A DNA stretch of 39,327 bases from Perkinsus chesapeaki ATCC PRA-425 (GCA_013115145.1 JAAPAO010000326.1:1-39327), one strand, 5' to 3'; counted from the stretch's first letter, positions 13,130 to 26,865 are shown. A program made the numbers and translations. The notes: generated by a model not told the origin, from the sequence alone.

Positions 13130-14688
13130 AACTGGGTAGCTTGGACCATACGGTGATACCGGCAGGGCTGTATTGCAAAAAGTCCTTCGAGTGTCCGACA
13201 TTAATACAAACGAGTACCGAAAGACCTTGAGTATATTGTGTGAACTGATTATGGCGCAACAACAGTACAATGACAACTTCATTATATGCGATGGAATCTT
13301 CACAATAATAATCATTACTCAGCAGAGGATCCTCCAAGCCAGGCGATTTGAACGTCAATCTGAACCAATAACATATACGATTCCACGGCCTGCGGCGGAG
13401 CGATGGGAACATTTTCACCTCGTCATCTTGGCCTGATTCAGCATAGCGTCCGGTAACGAGACCGAGTGGTACTATATGAAACCTGCACGTCCCTACCTAC
13501 GCTCGAGCTCTGAGCCACGGCTTACCTGAGCCCGGGCCCGGACAGGAGGTTACGGGAGGATATCTCAACTTTATCGGATGCAACCTCTGCATTGTTCAAC
13601 ATAACATGAAGAGTGCAACTCACCGAACCACTAATGCGGGGAGCTTCAACATCAAGCGCCAAATCGACTTCTATCTGGTATGCGAACTAGAAGGCTTTAT
13701 TATCTCAATCCTTTACACGACTGGAGCTTCCTGTCACGGAGAAGGTGTCATTTGAAGACGGGCACGCTGATGAAACTCGCGAGATGAAAAATATGCCACC
13801 GTAGTCAGATGGCTCGCATAAGTAACTGTGATAGAAAGAATATGAACAGAGACGATAATATTGCCAACGGCAGGCCTACCCAAAATATTTGGTTGCACCG
13901 TAGTTGACGCCAAAGAAGACTTTATGCCTCTTTAGCCAGTATTCCTCATGTGGCTGACTTAACGTCAATCTTATCTTATAGTTCCCCGCGGCATCAAAAG
14001 GCTCTTGTTGAAGGGCTGCCTAATCGTTATATAAAAATACGACTTGGAGAATACGAAGGCTCGAGAAGACGGACTTGTCCTTTTGTGAGGGTTAAGGAGT
14101 TGCTCATCTCCAACACTCTGTTGCTCTCTATAAGCGCGAATCTGCGCAGATGACTCAGCTTCGATCCTTGTGATATGACCAACGCACACGAACTCGTCCT
14201 GAGGTTCGACAGCTTCTTTTTCAGAAGGCGCCCCCCGATCAGTGCCGGCCAATGACAACATGTCCTATTGGTGAGTTTCATCATCAATACTAAAATACAA
14301 GTGGCATGACCTCCTCTTTAAACCGGTGAGATCTCGGCAGCTTCCTATGTACTATATCTTGTATATCTGACATGGTGCTTGCCTTGTCAGAATTTCAGTT
14401 TGCCTTTTACTTCCCGCGGTCCACTGAGGCTTCCCGCGATTAGCTATTCCAGGCTTCCGTGTGTCCCCGCTCGAAGGTTCTTCTCTGAGGTAATTGAAAT
14501 ATCCCATCTTACTGCGAGAGAGTAGCGAAGCACCGCCGAAAGACTAAAATTGGCTGAGAACAGTTCGTATTGACATCGTCGGCGTTACGGACTACTGACC
14601 AGCAAGCGATATTGCAACGGTAAAACAGGCATAGTAGGAGTAGTAACAGGATGCTTGGTAAGAACCGATCGGATATAATAGTGTGCAT
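13130..14688 (-). CDS. hypothetical multi-exon protein with N-terminal hydrophobic (signal/TM) segment
   Basis: Starts MHTIISDRFLPSILLLLLLCLFY. Minus-strand GT-AG-bounded exons give QEEPSSGDTRKPG, EEYWLKRHKVFFGVNYGATKYFGYLCEPSDYGGIFFISR, IEVDLALDVEAPRISGS, EVASDKVEISSRNLLSGPGLR and IDVQIAWLGGSSA. The 3' end is not resolved. Confidence 0.45.
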
Positions 14689-16639
14689 TGCGACCGGGAA
14701 GTGCCTGATCTGGCCAAGTTCACATAAAATGTTCAAGGAGGATTATTTTATCAGTAATTTACTATTATTTGTACTGTGCCATCACGTGTAGGCTATCAAC
14801 CGATAAAACAGTACCGCACAGAGGGGAAGCCATCCACGGCGAAGTAGAGCACTTCCCTTGTTAAAATAATAATAATGACTCAGTCATGAACATTTTCTTC
14901 TCACCTGTAGCACCGAAGCAATCTGGTCATCTCTTGTTTGGACTTGTCGCCGTGAGAATTCCATCTTTCGGCCAAAACTAATATCTCAGACTCGCTCACA
15001 ATTGCAAGACTGTCAGAATCCAGTATCGCCTCAACCTGCTCGATGCCAAGTAATAGCAACTTTCCAGGCAGCGGAAGGCCTTATGAAAATTCACATGAAT
15101 TTCTCTAAATCGGTGAAGAACTCCACAGAAGGGAACCTTCCACTTTCACAGTTCCATCTGGGAGCTCCGACTATCGCGGAACCTAGACCTGTGAATCGTC
15201 ATCCGCCGTTTTCTCAGCGAGGTTCAGAGGTAGAGTATTTCTACGCCGCTGTAAGGTATACAACCATGGAGGGATTATTCTTCATTATTGCCAAGTCCCA
15301 GCCAAAAGTCGATCTCATGTTGAAACAGCAGCGCCCTACTAGATCGACGTTTAAGCTCGACCATCTGCCGTCCTTGGTCACAGCTCGGTATTGTTTCCGG
15401 TCGCTGAGTGTTTCGATAATAACGCGTCTGACAAACGACTGAGGACGGACTTCGGATGTGACGCAGACCACCTTAATTTGTCGGCAAATAGTTTCTCTTC
15501 TATTTTACCAATGTAATGTTCTAGCTGATAGAAGGCATCAGCGAAGGGGCCCATCCCGCACTCTGGCGCGCATGACGATCGAAACCATCTCAAGCACTTC
15601 TCGAAGAGGGTGTCGATTGAGTACCTTCCGGTTCGGGGTATTAAGGATTTCTACTGCTCTCCAGCTCAGAGAAAGAGCTTTAGCACGCCGATCAGCGATT
15701 ATCGAAATTTGTTACGAAGTCGCACCAACTTTATATTCAAGTTCATGAAATCGTCGGCCACTTGAACTAATGGAGCACTGGGATGTTAGTAAGTCCCGAA
15801 GACCGTTGGTCCATCTTGGTATGTGCTCTGACTTGGTGACGATGTTAAACAGGAAAGATATTCTGAGGGGCGGCATGCATTGGCTTACTTCTCAGCGAGA
15901 AGGAATATGTCTTTTATATTACGGACCTAATCAGGTCAAATATACTTCGATGGCGAAGGCAGCTCACTTTCTCTCGTCTCTCTGCCTCAGTTTGGTTTGG
16001 CATCTCATCGAAGTAATACATCACGTCACAGTAAATGAATCGTAAAATCTAATTAGCTTTTCACCAGACCATCAGAGAAGAATGTGTGCTACTTCTACGA
16101 ATTGCTCGTATGTCCCAAATGGAACCTCGTAACGCTCGGCTAACGCGAAACAATCAGGTCTCTGGACTGACCCTACAGCTCCAGCAATCTAATGCAAATC
16201 CGAGCGGGTCCTTTGAGTGGGCCATGACGGGCTCACATCGGACTTGCTGCTGATGCCTGGGCCAAACAGAGACAGAGATCTACCTGCCAGCCCGTGGAGG
16301 GTCGCAAAGTCCGATCTGAGGAGTGCAATGAGTAAGTTGATGACACATTACCGGCATGGAAGCCGAGCGGAAGCTCGAGTGCTGCCACATGCATTTGTCG
16401 GTGAACAATACAGTGACAATCACAGTGTAGGTAAGCGTGCTCTTATAAGCTGTAGAAGGTGTTGGACTATCAACTTACGCTGTTTAAGACATTACTTCTC
16501 CACAGTGACTGTTGTCAAATACACCAAGCATCATTTTCAGAGAGATATGGATTGCGGCCGGGTTTTGAACCGACTTAAAGACTACAGCTTTAGTAGCATT
16601 TAGAGAGAGGCCGACAGATGTACGAGCACTATGTACCAG

Positions 16640-18176
16640 GGCCAGTCGCATCTTAGTTCCTTTATTTTCGTTGTGGAACAGATTGCAAGCGGAACGTCTA
16701 GGTGTAATTCTGATTCATTGAGATTAACGGTATGGCTAGATGGGATGGCTCTCATCGCTTACTGAGAGAACTTGGAGAATTTGATATCCTTCAGAATATG
16801 CTTTCTTGTTTCGGCCGAGTTTAGTATAAAAGTCTGAGGAAAACCACAGTTGGTCACGTCAGTGTAGGAAGTGGCTGTCTTGAGGCACATAGTCAATCAG
16901 ATGGCGCCGTCTTAATCAACTGCTTAAGTACATACACGTGCGAGATGGGTATTCTTAAGCACGGTGGTCTGAACTATCGCACGTTTAGTCAAAGGCTTGC
17001 TTCCTTCTTTTGCCGGAAGTCGGACCACCATCACACGCTCGTGAGACAGCTTCTTGGTGGTTCTTAGGGACCGAACCAACTGACATTTCCTTCAGTCCTT
17101 CCACATCGAGGCTCCCAGCTCATGAAGATTGGAGCCGATATGAGATGAATCATTCGCATGAGGCTATCAGATTTTCAAGAGTTCCCAGAAGAGCAGCACT
17201 TGACATTTGTCATTGCCCAGAGAACAAATTTACTGAAAGGGTTTCTATAACGGGATCTCCACATTAGGAGAGCTACAAATCGGTACTGATCCCGACGACC
17301 AAACCTTGCCAAGATGCACAGCTATCATTACGCCACTAGTGACATATAACGGCTTATGATCGCTCAAGTCATTGACGATATGACCGGCTCACCTCGTGAC
17401 TCATTATAGGTTCATCGATGGGTATGCTGGGCGGCAAAGGATGCCCTTTCTTTCTGATTTGGTGTAGAAATCCTCCACCTTTGGCCAGCAACACCACCGA
17501 GTGGCACCTGTGGCGGCCACTTTTGAGCATTGTTACCACAAACAATAGCAGTTGATAATGCGGCGCACCCTACGTTTATCATAATGCCCAGCGTATAATT
17601 TATATTGCAAAGAGGATATTTTTCTACAAAAAGGGAGTGAGAGAAGCGGATCTGAGGCGAGTAAAGTCGGCAACCCTGTTGGATTAATTGTGAGTGAGAC
17701 GACCGCAGAAGGCTCACCTGAACATAGGCCCATTCCTAATTTGGAATCCTACATCACCGCTGCATGTTTCTTGGAAGATTTCCTGGCGAGCACTTGGTAT
17801 AAAAATGACCACATTTGTCTACTATGAATAGCTTAGCCTCGGCAGTCGCCTCGGGGGACTCCAGGCTCCCTGCCAGCGATGTTTTGTCGGTCGGGTCGAA
17901 TTTTTTTCCTGGCGAGGCCATCAGCTGCTGGAACATGATCTTACCTGGGAATAGATGTCCGAGGTTGGGGCGGATGAAAGAAAATATTTCACACAATAAC
18001 AACATTGGAGAAGACTCTGTCTTGAATCGGCTGCTTCTGGAGCATCCTATTCCACTATGCTTGGGCGACTGCCCATCCTCGAAGAATATGTGGCTTGAAG
18101 GTCGAGGTATGTTACAAGTGCGGAGGAGATATAATAGAAAATACGCTACTAGACCAGGGAGCAACTTCGCTTGCAT
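16640..18176 (-). CDS. hypothetical multi-exon protein with signal-peptide-like N-terminus; may extend further toward 15 kb
   Basis: MQAKLLPGLVAYFLLYLLRTC start with a long open first segment; downstream minus-strand exon candidates LVRSLRTTKKLSHERVMVVRLP.. and HFYTKLGRNKKAYSEGYQILQVLS end at GT donors. No family recognised. Confidence 0.33.
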
Positions 18177-18603
18177 TCCCGCAGCTTTCCGCATTCGCGA
18201 AATTATTCGCGGTATCCGAATCCCGCTAGGTCCTTTATCTAAATCCTTTATCGTTCAAGTGTTATTTTCTGACCAACAGAGACGCTTAGATTATTGCTTG
18301 TAGCATTTATCAGGACTATTACGGCTCCTGTTAGTCGTATATTAACTTAGCCCGATTGCGGCTTACGTTCGCTTTCAGGAAGGGGTGTTTGCGTTTCGAC
18401 ATATACGCGCTTGCTCTCACCAGTCGGGGACAGTGACATTACTCTCGGTAACAATGCTGACATGCTTGACCATCGATCGGAGTGTGTTTGGGCCGAAAAT
18501 GCATCACTTGAGACAAGTTATCAATGCGTGCTATTTGATCCGACTTCAAAGATAAACAATCATGAGCTTTATCGCCTAGAGCAGTACGACTGAGGTATTG
18601 ATG

Positions 18604-21600
18604 TTAGATGATTGAGTCCTGACCATCCCCCGGAAGACTCCTCAACTTCTTCTTTTTCCAGCGGCTTTAAGTGGTTCAAGCAGTAACCATTGAAGCACTC
18701 AACAAAACTACTTCCACCGAGAAAACATTCTTACACATACTTTCATACTTCTCATAGAGTTGAGTTCATCTTATCGCACTGCTCATTCACACCTCATCAT
18801 CAAAGTCAAAACCAAAGATATCATCAAGCCTTCGACCCTACAAAGAGCAGCTCAGGTTGACCCCTCTTTCGAGCCCTACACTAGGCTGACTGCCCCCATT
18901 GGGCGCAGTGGAGTTGATCGGCGATAAGGTCGTAGTCGTAGTGGTTGTAGTTGTGGGCTCACGCAATTGCGTCCACTTTTCGTATGTCACAAAGCGTGGT
19001 ACGAAGAAATATGGCTTGTCCTCCGGACAGGTGCTGGCAATGACAGATATGCGAGTAGTATTTTCAGTCACGTACCGTTGTTTAACCGTGGCGTCGTATA
19101 ACGAATCGACATAGAAGCCTGGCATGCACCAGCAGACCTGTCGTTTATGATACCAATTTAGTGGACACCATTCTGGTGGGGCCTTGTCGGTGTACCCTGA
19201 CAGGCAAGCAACTCACCTCGTGGCACACTCTAAAAGTGTCTTTCAATTGAATATATTGATTCACGATCGTGTTCTTATTCAGAATTATATCCCTTTTTGC
19301 GGGACTTGAGATCTCGCCACTCGCCATTCTGGAGTCAGTGAGTCACTTACGAAGGTCGTTAGTACAACTAAGCTTTCATTATTCATGCGGTAGACTGCTG
19401 CCTGCTCACATGCCGTGTAAATTCAACTGCACTGTTAATGACGATATACTAATTTTGGAATGATTACAAAAAATGAGTCATGAAGGTCTCAGAGGCCATC
19501 AGAGCTAGCCGAGTTGATATTGGTTGCGAACTGCGGACTTACCGCCAAAATATTTGCCTTCTTGAAAAAGCTGTCCAAAAGTGCACGTTCTTTAGAGGGG
19601 TCACTCTCTCTGTGTTGAGCCTAATTCATCCCACCTTCTATTGATGGGAGAATTCATTATATGTCGTTTTTAAAATCGATTACTTTATAAATATTATTAC
19701 TGTTTTATATTGATACGATTAATTTGTTTATGTATTAATACTATAATACTAAATTATACAATTTATATATTATCATTCTTCTTGTATTATTTTTGGAAAT
19801 ACTGTTCGATCTATCGATACTGCTGTTGTTTCTTACAGGCCAAAGCTCGCCAAGTAGTAGTGTTTCTGGTGCACTCTTTGCTCAGTGGTGGTCCATGAGG
19901 TGGCAGAGCTACATATTCAGGTCTCTTCTCGAAGCACCTAAGGGCCTTTATCAGCAGCAGCAGCAGCAGCAACACTTCGTTAAGTCACTTGCTTACAGCC
20001 AATCTCGATCCTTATGACCATGTTTGTTCCCGTCATCACCTGGGTCCATCATACAGTCTGAAAGGATACGCACATTCGCCTCCTCCTCATCATCAGCATG
20101 TCAATCACGCTTGATAGTTTAGATCGCGTTTAAGGTAGACTGAAGCGAACTGAAGGCAGGCCGCCGTCGCCATAATAATAATAATAGGCAAGGACTTGAG
20201 CACTGGACTCAACAGGAAGTGCATCTCTACTTCTACTGGAACATAATCCATCCCTCAGTAGTTTGGTTCGACTGTTACGAATAAGTAAAGAAGTTATGAT
20301 TGTGCGAGTAGACAATATCCTCTCTAGCGCATCAACGAGAGTCAAGTATGAATCCACCAGTGCCGAATTCTGGTCATCACAGACGTCGGCGTGTCATTGA
20401 GCAACCATGGATACCCCTACCGGTGGGATAGATGGCCACCGAGAATCTCGGAACAAAAGCGGAAAGCGTCCCATTCCAGTCATAGGAATGGTACTACTTA
20501 AAGTTAGTGCTTTTACGTTTGATAGTACAACGTAATGTATCTTTGGATTGCAGGCTCCGAAGAGTTCGGCAAAAATGATTCCCACATCGAAGAAGACCGT
20601 CTTACTGTATTTCCAAGGGGACGCTCTGAACTCCGCCTTCTTTTGGTGCTTCTCGTGAAGTCTGATACAAAATCTGAAAAAAACATTCAGATGAAACAAC
20701 AGAGTCGATGGTTGAACGGACAATCCCAGAAAGTGTCACTTATTCCAATACGTTCGGCATCCCTCCCATCTGCGCACTATAAATATTTTGATGAGTACCA
20801 TTGGGCGGTTTCATGCGTCACCTTTTACATCCAGCACACCTTTAGATCCTATACTGTCCCATGGGCTCCACCCGACAGTGCTGCCATTCAGATGCTTTGG
20901 ATTTCACTGTTTTCTCAATCAATGCATTCCCAACTCGTTCAACATTGAATAATATAGATTCAAGTTTGAATAGTCCTTGCCCAGCTGTTAATTTCCTTCG
21001 ATGTATAGCGTGTGAATCTCTCACCTATAAATAGGTTCCTTTGTTCCTCCTCTATAATGCTTAGCATCTTCCCATTCCCCCGGTTTGCACTCTATAATAT
21101 ATTTATGGAAGTCCTTATCCTTGTCCCGCACAAAGCCTCCTCGATCGACTGCACCTCTACCGTTGGCGTAGGGCGTGTAATCGACATCCTGCGAGGCTTT
21201 CCTCACCGCGTCCTCCCCTAAAACAAACTCGATCGAATTTTCTGAATACTGCGCGAACAGAGCTGCGTCCTTCACACCGTTGATGTGAACGTTTTTGCTA
21301 GAGCCCATCTTAGCCCATTGCTGGAAGTGATGATACCGATCGGGATACGCAGAGGTTCAATACGGCGTGTAGTCGGGCAACTGTATACTTCCACCACCAA
21401 CATGACTCAGAAAACAGGTTTCGTTTTTGATCGAAACCTGCTGGAGCTTGAACTTTAATTTTCATAAGTATAAGATATGAAACGGTTGATCGACTTGGGC
21501 CAAAAAACATAGGCAAGCACGAGATGTTTTCAGAAGACGCCCTCGCTGCTCCAAGAGCATGTTTCAAAAGTCGAGTTAGATCTCCTTCGCCGCCTTAGGA

Positions 21601-21871
21601 ACACATTCATATCGGGCTACAACCATAGTCTTTATGCGAGACTCATTCGAATATGCTTATTCCCTATGTGAGTTATTAGCCTACAAAGACTCACTACTAG
21701 ATGAGGGATCCTAAAAAAGCGTATAAGAGTTGGTACCAAATTGCGTGGTTTGGATACCCATTGGGTGTTTGGCTTACACATCCTCTCATTGCCCTTCGCG
21801 TACAGAGGAGCTTTCACTTCTACAAATAGGCACCAGACACCAGCAACGTGAGCAATCAAAGCAAAGTGCAT
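18604..21871 (-). CDS. Cys/Trp-rich secreted/surface protein, tandem paralogue A (unrecognised family), with Thr-rich stalk
   Basis: Spliced core: YANGRG..KYIIECKPGEWEDAKHYRGGTKEPIYR|FCIRLHEKHQKK..KY|NCMMDPGDD..RDWL|CFEKRPEYVALPPHG..C..LA|WYTDKAPPEWCPLNWYHKRQVCWCMPGFY..QR|TCPEDKPYFFVP..PTTTTTTTTT. It aligns exon-by-exon with paralogue B. The signal-like start MHFALIAHVAGVWCLF and the stop (18604, ~18825 or 18838) are less certain. Confidence 0.65.
19952..19969. repeat. (CAG)6 microsatellite inside an intron of paralogue A
   Basis: Directly visible; lies in the minus-strand intron 19996-19938. Confidence 0.9.
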
Positions 21872-22722
21872 TGACGTTACAATCGCTGAAATGTGCCCGA
21901 TTAGTCATATCATTCTATCTCTGCGCATCTCTGACGGCCTAACTCAAATGGACTGGGTGAGCGAAAATGAGCCACAAGCATTATACATGGTCGAGGCTGA
22001 GGTTTAGAAATTAGCACTGAACCGGAAGCAAGCAATTAGCAGTTTAACTTGATAAAATACTGTCCTATTCAGATAACCATACAGCAACAAAAGGCTCGAT
22101 CGACAACGTGTCGCGACGTTTCGTCGAGCTGCAGTAAAATATTTTCTAACAAACTCTTATCTGCGCACTCCGACCATTAAGCAATATACATTTACGAGGC
22201 TCAATGATGAGCCCCACTACTAAAGATTATCTTTCGTATTATATACACTGTAAATTTATATTCTACATTATAGGTGTTGTGTTCTTTTAGTTCAGGCCCA
22301 CCACCAGTAACTTTTTATTGCGAATGAGTCAGGACTCGAGACTCATACCATTAGCACATACTATACTAGTATGTATAATGTAAATATAATAACAATGATG
22401 GTGGTGGTACTGCAATAACAGATCCACGAACCCTACCAATTCCTCCCAACTACGACATAGGTATCCTAAAAGTCTTATTATTACAAAACATTGTAATAAA
22501 CGACGAAATTGTACAGTAGATCGGTTTTCTGTAGAGAAATGTGATAAGACTACGACAGCATTAGGAATTGTTACTTATTCGCAAAGATACGTATTACACG
22601 CTTAAAGACTATAATAGCGATTTGGATTCGTAAAAGAATTACATTAACAAAACAAAACCAGAAGCGCTCCAGAAATAACAATGTGAACACTTCACACTTT
22701 CAAAATAGCGGCAGCAGCTCCC

Positions 22723-25165
22723 TCAGTCCGATCGACTTCTCCTCGAGCTGGAGCCTCTCAGCCCCAAATATAAGATAATCGAGAATACAAGCAAGGCCGT
22801 AAAAATAGCGTTACGTCGCAACATGGCACCAACAGTGAATTCATAATCCCCTTCCCGAGGCGGAAGGGTGGGTGGTGGTGGCGAAGGAGTGGTGTAAATA
22901 TGCTCTTTTATCTGGGGCATTATGTACACTGGGCCATCTTTGGGGCACTCCCTGAGACGAGCTAATGCAGTAGTGACGGTAAACGCAAAAACTTATGGAG
23001 TCTGAAGAATTTTACTACATCATGGACCAATCGAAATCCCGAATGAGCCAAGGTTAGTGTTCTCAATACTATCTTGCAATAAGTTTAACGTTTCTCACTT
23101 TTGCTGTATGATGGAGGTTTTTTAGGTACGTAACAAATGATAGAAACCACTTCCGATGGATTCGAAGCCTTTCCGAATTTGACTATAACACTTCTCAAGT
23201 TCCCGCTTAGTTCACCTCGCATTAGCGCCTTAGGGAAGATCGAATCCGCCGAATTACAGACACTTAGGGCAATTATAAAAGGATCGATTTCCCTCGCGGA
23301 AAGCTAAATGTTTTCATACGCCACACTGACGTCACCTATCACGTACCGTTATTATATACGGTTAACATTTCCACGCCCTTAGCAAAGGCTTACCTCGGTT
23401 CATAATACGTATCTTTTGGCCCATCGCGGTAGTAACCGGGTAAACACCAACATGTTTGACGACGCTCATACCAATTGTAGTGACACCATTCTGGAGGATT
23501 CTTGTACGTGTACCCTAATGGGGACAAATTGCACAAAACAGCCTGCTCGCCACCAGCTCCTTACATGTTAGAAATAGAGACTGCACGTTGCCATGCTCGC
23601 AACTATTTTCTTGATCTATTCCATGTGGGGGCAGGTAGGTATACCGCGGATACCTCTCAATACACCTGATGCACCAGATGATGATGAAACTAACGCTTGA
23701 GGGGATATAATATATGTTATCTGTTTTCAGCTGCGGAGTATTGCTGGGAGTTAGCAGTCTCAACTAGTACGCTCCCCAATGCCACAGATTCACGCGCGAC
23801 TTCTTACAGCCAGTCTCGCTTGGTCGGATTCCCGCCGCCGGTATCTTTGGGGTCAGGAACGCACTCTGAAGAAAATATTATGCGAATATCTCAGGGAGCA
23901 CGGAGCGGTATATTCTTGACCGAGACCGGAGCGGTTCATAGGATACTGCACATATGAGTTCTAACTCACTGTATTTGCTGTTGGCAGCAAGAAGGTGCGT
24001 ATTCTTCTTGTGATGCTTTTCGTGGAGTCGAACACAAAACCTGACACTGAAACCATCATCATCCTCAGCTACTAGCCATACGGTAGCCATGCTATCACAC
24101 TACTACTATGATAGTAACTTTCAATAGCTCCATTTTATGGATAAATAATGGCAATTCTTGAATGCGCCTCGGCATTTCGTGACTCCAAATTTGCAAGGAA
24201 AATATTCTGTCTTTGGAAAATTACTGAAGATTCGCCGCGAAAGTCCGCCAAGATATAATTGTATTCTCCAACTATATTTTCACTACGTCCCAAGTGGACG
24301 TATCAAGTGTACTTTTGAATTCCCGATAAACACTTCTGTGGGGCTTACCTATAAATCGGATCCTTGACTCCGCCATCATAGTACTCACTGTGCTCCCACA
24401 TATCCGGCCGACAATAAGATATTTCCTTGTAGACATCCTTATCTTTAACTCTTCGCGGGATGAACCGGATACCTCCCCGTCCGTTGGCATACAGCGACAT
24501 ATTCACGTGATCGGTCGCCTTGATCACAATGGGCTCCCCTGAGGTGGGAGTAGAGTACAAATTTGAGTAGGAATAGATTTATGAAACAGTTGAAAACATC
24601 TCTACTGTTCTTACTAGGGTGTTACCCACGCTATTTCGTACACCTCATAATACACACCTATACCTGCTGCTCCCAGCTCAGCGCCGCGGCAGCTTGTCAC
24701 AGAAACAGAGACAACATTGTGTGCGGTAGATCTCATACTCATCCTTTTAATCATCGTATGAAATGTCTACATATCAGAATGGGCTCCAACTATTTATTTC
24801 GTTGCCTATGGATTATTGATGCCAGGTAAGGATAATATACAGATGGGAGAGTCATAATCTTTTCAGTGCAAATAGATAAGTTTGACGTGAGTCCGAGGCT
24901 TTTTAGTGACACTGAGCCATCAATTCATCATTTATCATTCATTCGTAACATAACACAGATATTCAAGCAAAGAATTCTGGTAGAGGATTTCCGAGTCGAA
25001 GTGAAGTCCATATCGCAACGAAAGAAGGCGAATAGATAATCTATCATCGACCCCACCACTGTTACATTCGTCTTTGTGGTCTCTAGGCCTTTTCAAGGCA
25101 TAAAACAGAGGCAACATAATAAAGAGTAGTCGAAGGAAGAGGGACCGAATATGACATCTCCTCAT
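22723..25165 (-). CDS. Cys/Trp-rich membrane-anchored surface protein, tandem paralogue B (unrecognised family)
   Basis: N-terminal hydrophobic segment (SLFLRLLFIMLPLFYAL). Core: YANGRG..SYCRPDMWEHSEYYDGGVKDPIYR|FCVRLHEKHHKK..KY|KCVPDPKD..KRDWL|CIERYPRYTYLPPHG..C..LT|WYTYKNPPEWCHYNWYERRQTCWCLPGYY..PR|ECPKDGPVYIMP. Then a Pro/Thr stalk, TM AIFTALLVFSIILYLGL, a basic tail and TGA at 22723-22725. Confidence 0.7.
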
Positions 25166-26549
25166 AGGTTATTACGAAGCTGAAATGCTCTCGGTGTTTT
25201 TAGTCGAATTTAGTCTTTCAAGAGGCTGAGATAGCTCCGGTGCTTTTTGCAAAGTCTCACAATATACAACACCGGGTGTGTTATATTCTGAGATTTCGGG
25301 GGGCCCTAAACACTCACTCATTGGTGGCGCGGGAAGCACCAGAAATTAAACACCACGTACTGACTTAAAAGCCATCTAAGCACAAAAATGAAGATACCTC
25401 CGCCGAGTCCGGTAACAGTGGCTTGAGTGACACTTATGGCGAATGTGAAATCCAACCACACCACGCTGAATGCAGATTTGCAAAACGTGTTGGCTTTACA
25501 TTACACCGTGATTGGAGGGGAAATGATAGTTCACGTAAATGATGATCGATTATGGATGGTTACAGATTGAGGCGAGACATATTTGGGGTACATGTTCTTC
25601 ATTGACAACTTAAAAACTATAAGTAAATAGAAATGTTGAATTAGTGATGATATGTCGAAAAGCTTGCACATAATATACGCTTCGCCTCCTCGATACAATT
25701 CAATCTCGGCACACATGACACGCCTCGACGAGGTTGCTCCCTTCTTGAAGTCGAAGCAGCATCGTGAACCTGACATAGGAGGGACCGATTTAATACCGGC
25801 CAGGAAGAGACTTTGTTCAGTTAGGTGTCCTAGATGCACCAAGCGGATTTGTATGTAGCAAGTATTGTAAAGGGTGATATTTTCTAATATTATTCCTCTA
25901 TAGCTTTCCCGTTTTGAAAAATAGACGATCCAGGAAGTCAACTACCCGCACAGAAACACAGAGTTGAGATGGTGTAGATTCGCATGCAGGCGCGCTCCCA
26001 ATGTTGAAACAAACACAAAGGCTTCTCGTCGAATCTATCGTTTGCAATTCTCTGACGGACTCTACTTCCACCGATTCCAATTCGAGGCTTTCCGGAAAGA
26101 GAGATCGGTTAGCTCAACGGCGATCATCAAGGCTCCCCGAGATCATTTCCAATCCGTTTCAAAGGTCCGTATTCTAGTTTAAATATCGGTTACTTGTTCT
26201 CCTACAAGAGAGTGTGTACGTAAACAGACCCCTTCTGCCACCGGAGCAGCCTTCCTTCAAACAAGGATGGCAGGTCATCAAAGTTTGGGGGGTCAAAGAC
26301 AAGGAATAGCCTTATCCCCAACAAGCCATTCGGTTGCCGGAATAGTATCGCGCAGGCGGATCCTTTTTCAACGAAAATCCAAATTAATCGGGTAGAACAT
26401 TTCTCTTTGCGCAACCGTAACTTGAATATCGAAGCATTGATTTATATAACAATGCATAGAACACTACGGAGCTCATGAGATGGTGACGCCTACTCTGGAT
26501 TGAGAATTCTCACGCGTCACGAAATTCCAATGGCCCTTTCTTCCGCATT

Positions 26550-26865
26550 CTCAGACTGTGATCTACAGTGATGCAGATGCATCAATACGTCAGCCTCCCA
26601 ATAGCCATGTAATGGACACACCAATATATCCTATAGGCTGACAACAATTAACATGTTTTAAGGTACTGGGAGGAGGAGACACACGGTAGTACTAAATATT
26701 CCCAAATGCACTAGACGCTCATCAAGAGCATTTTCGTGGCGCGCGACTTACCTTTGTTTGCTTAAGCTCGACTTCGCTAGAGCACTCCAGGAAAGTGGCC
26801 GTTGTGATATCGGTAAAATCTTGCGAGTGCGATTTATCAACCTCGGATGTATCTTGTGTTGACAT
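26550..26865 (-). CDS. hypothetical spliced gene, 5' exons only resolved
   Basis: ATG-initiated exon MSTQDTSEVDKSHSQDFTDITTATFLECSSEVELKQTK ending at a GTAAGT donor, followed by a short intron ending TAG; later exons ambiguous. Confidence 0.28.

Noticed and set aside
24240-25705. SPPRYN peptide shared by ORFs 24158-24367 and 25652-25858
   Set aside because: The first lies antisense within an intron of paralogue B, and DNA similarity does not extend; likely coincidence.
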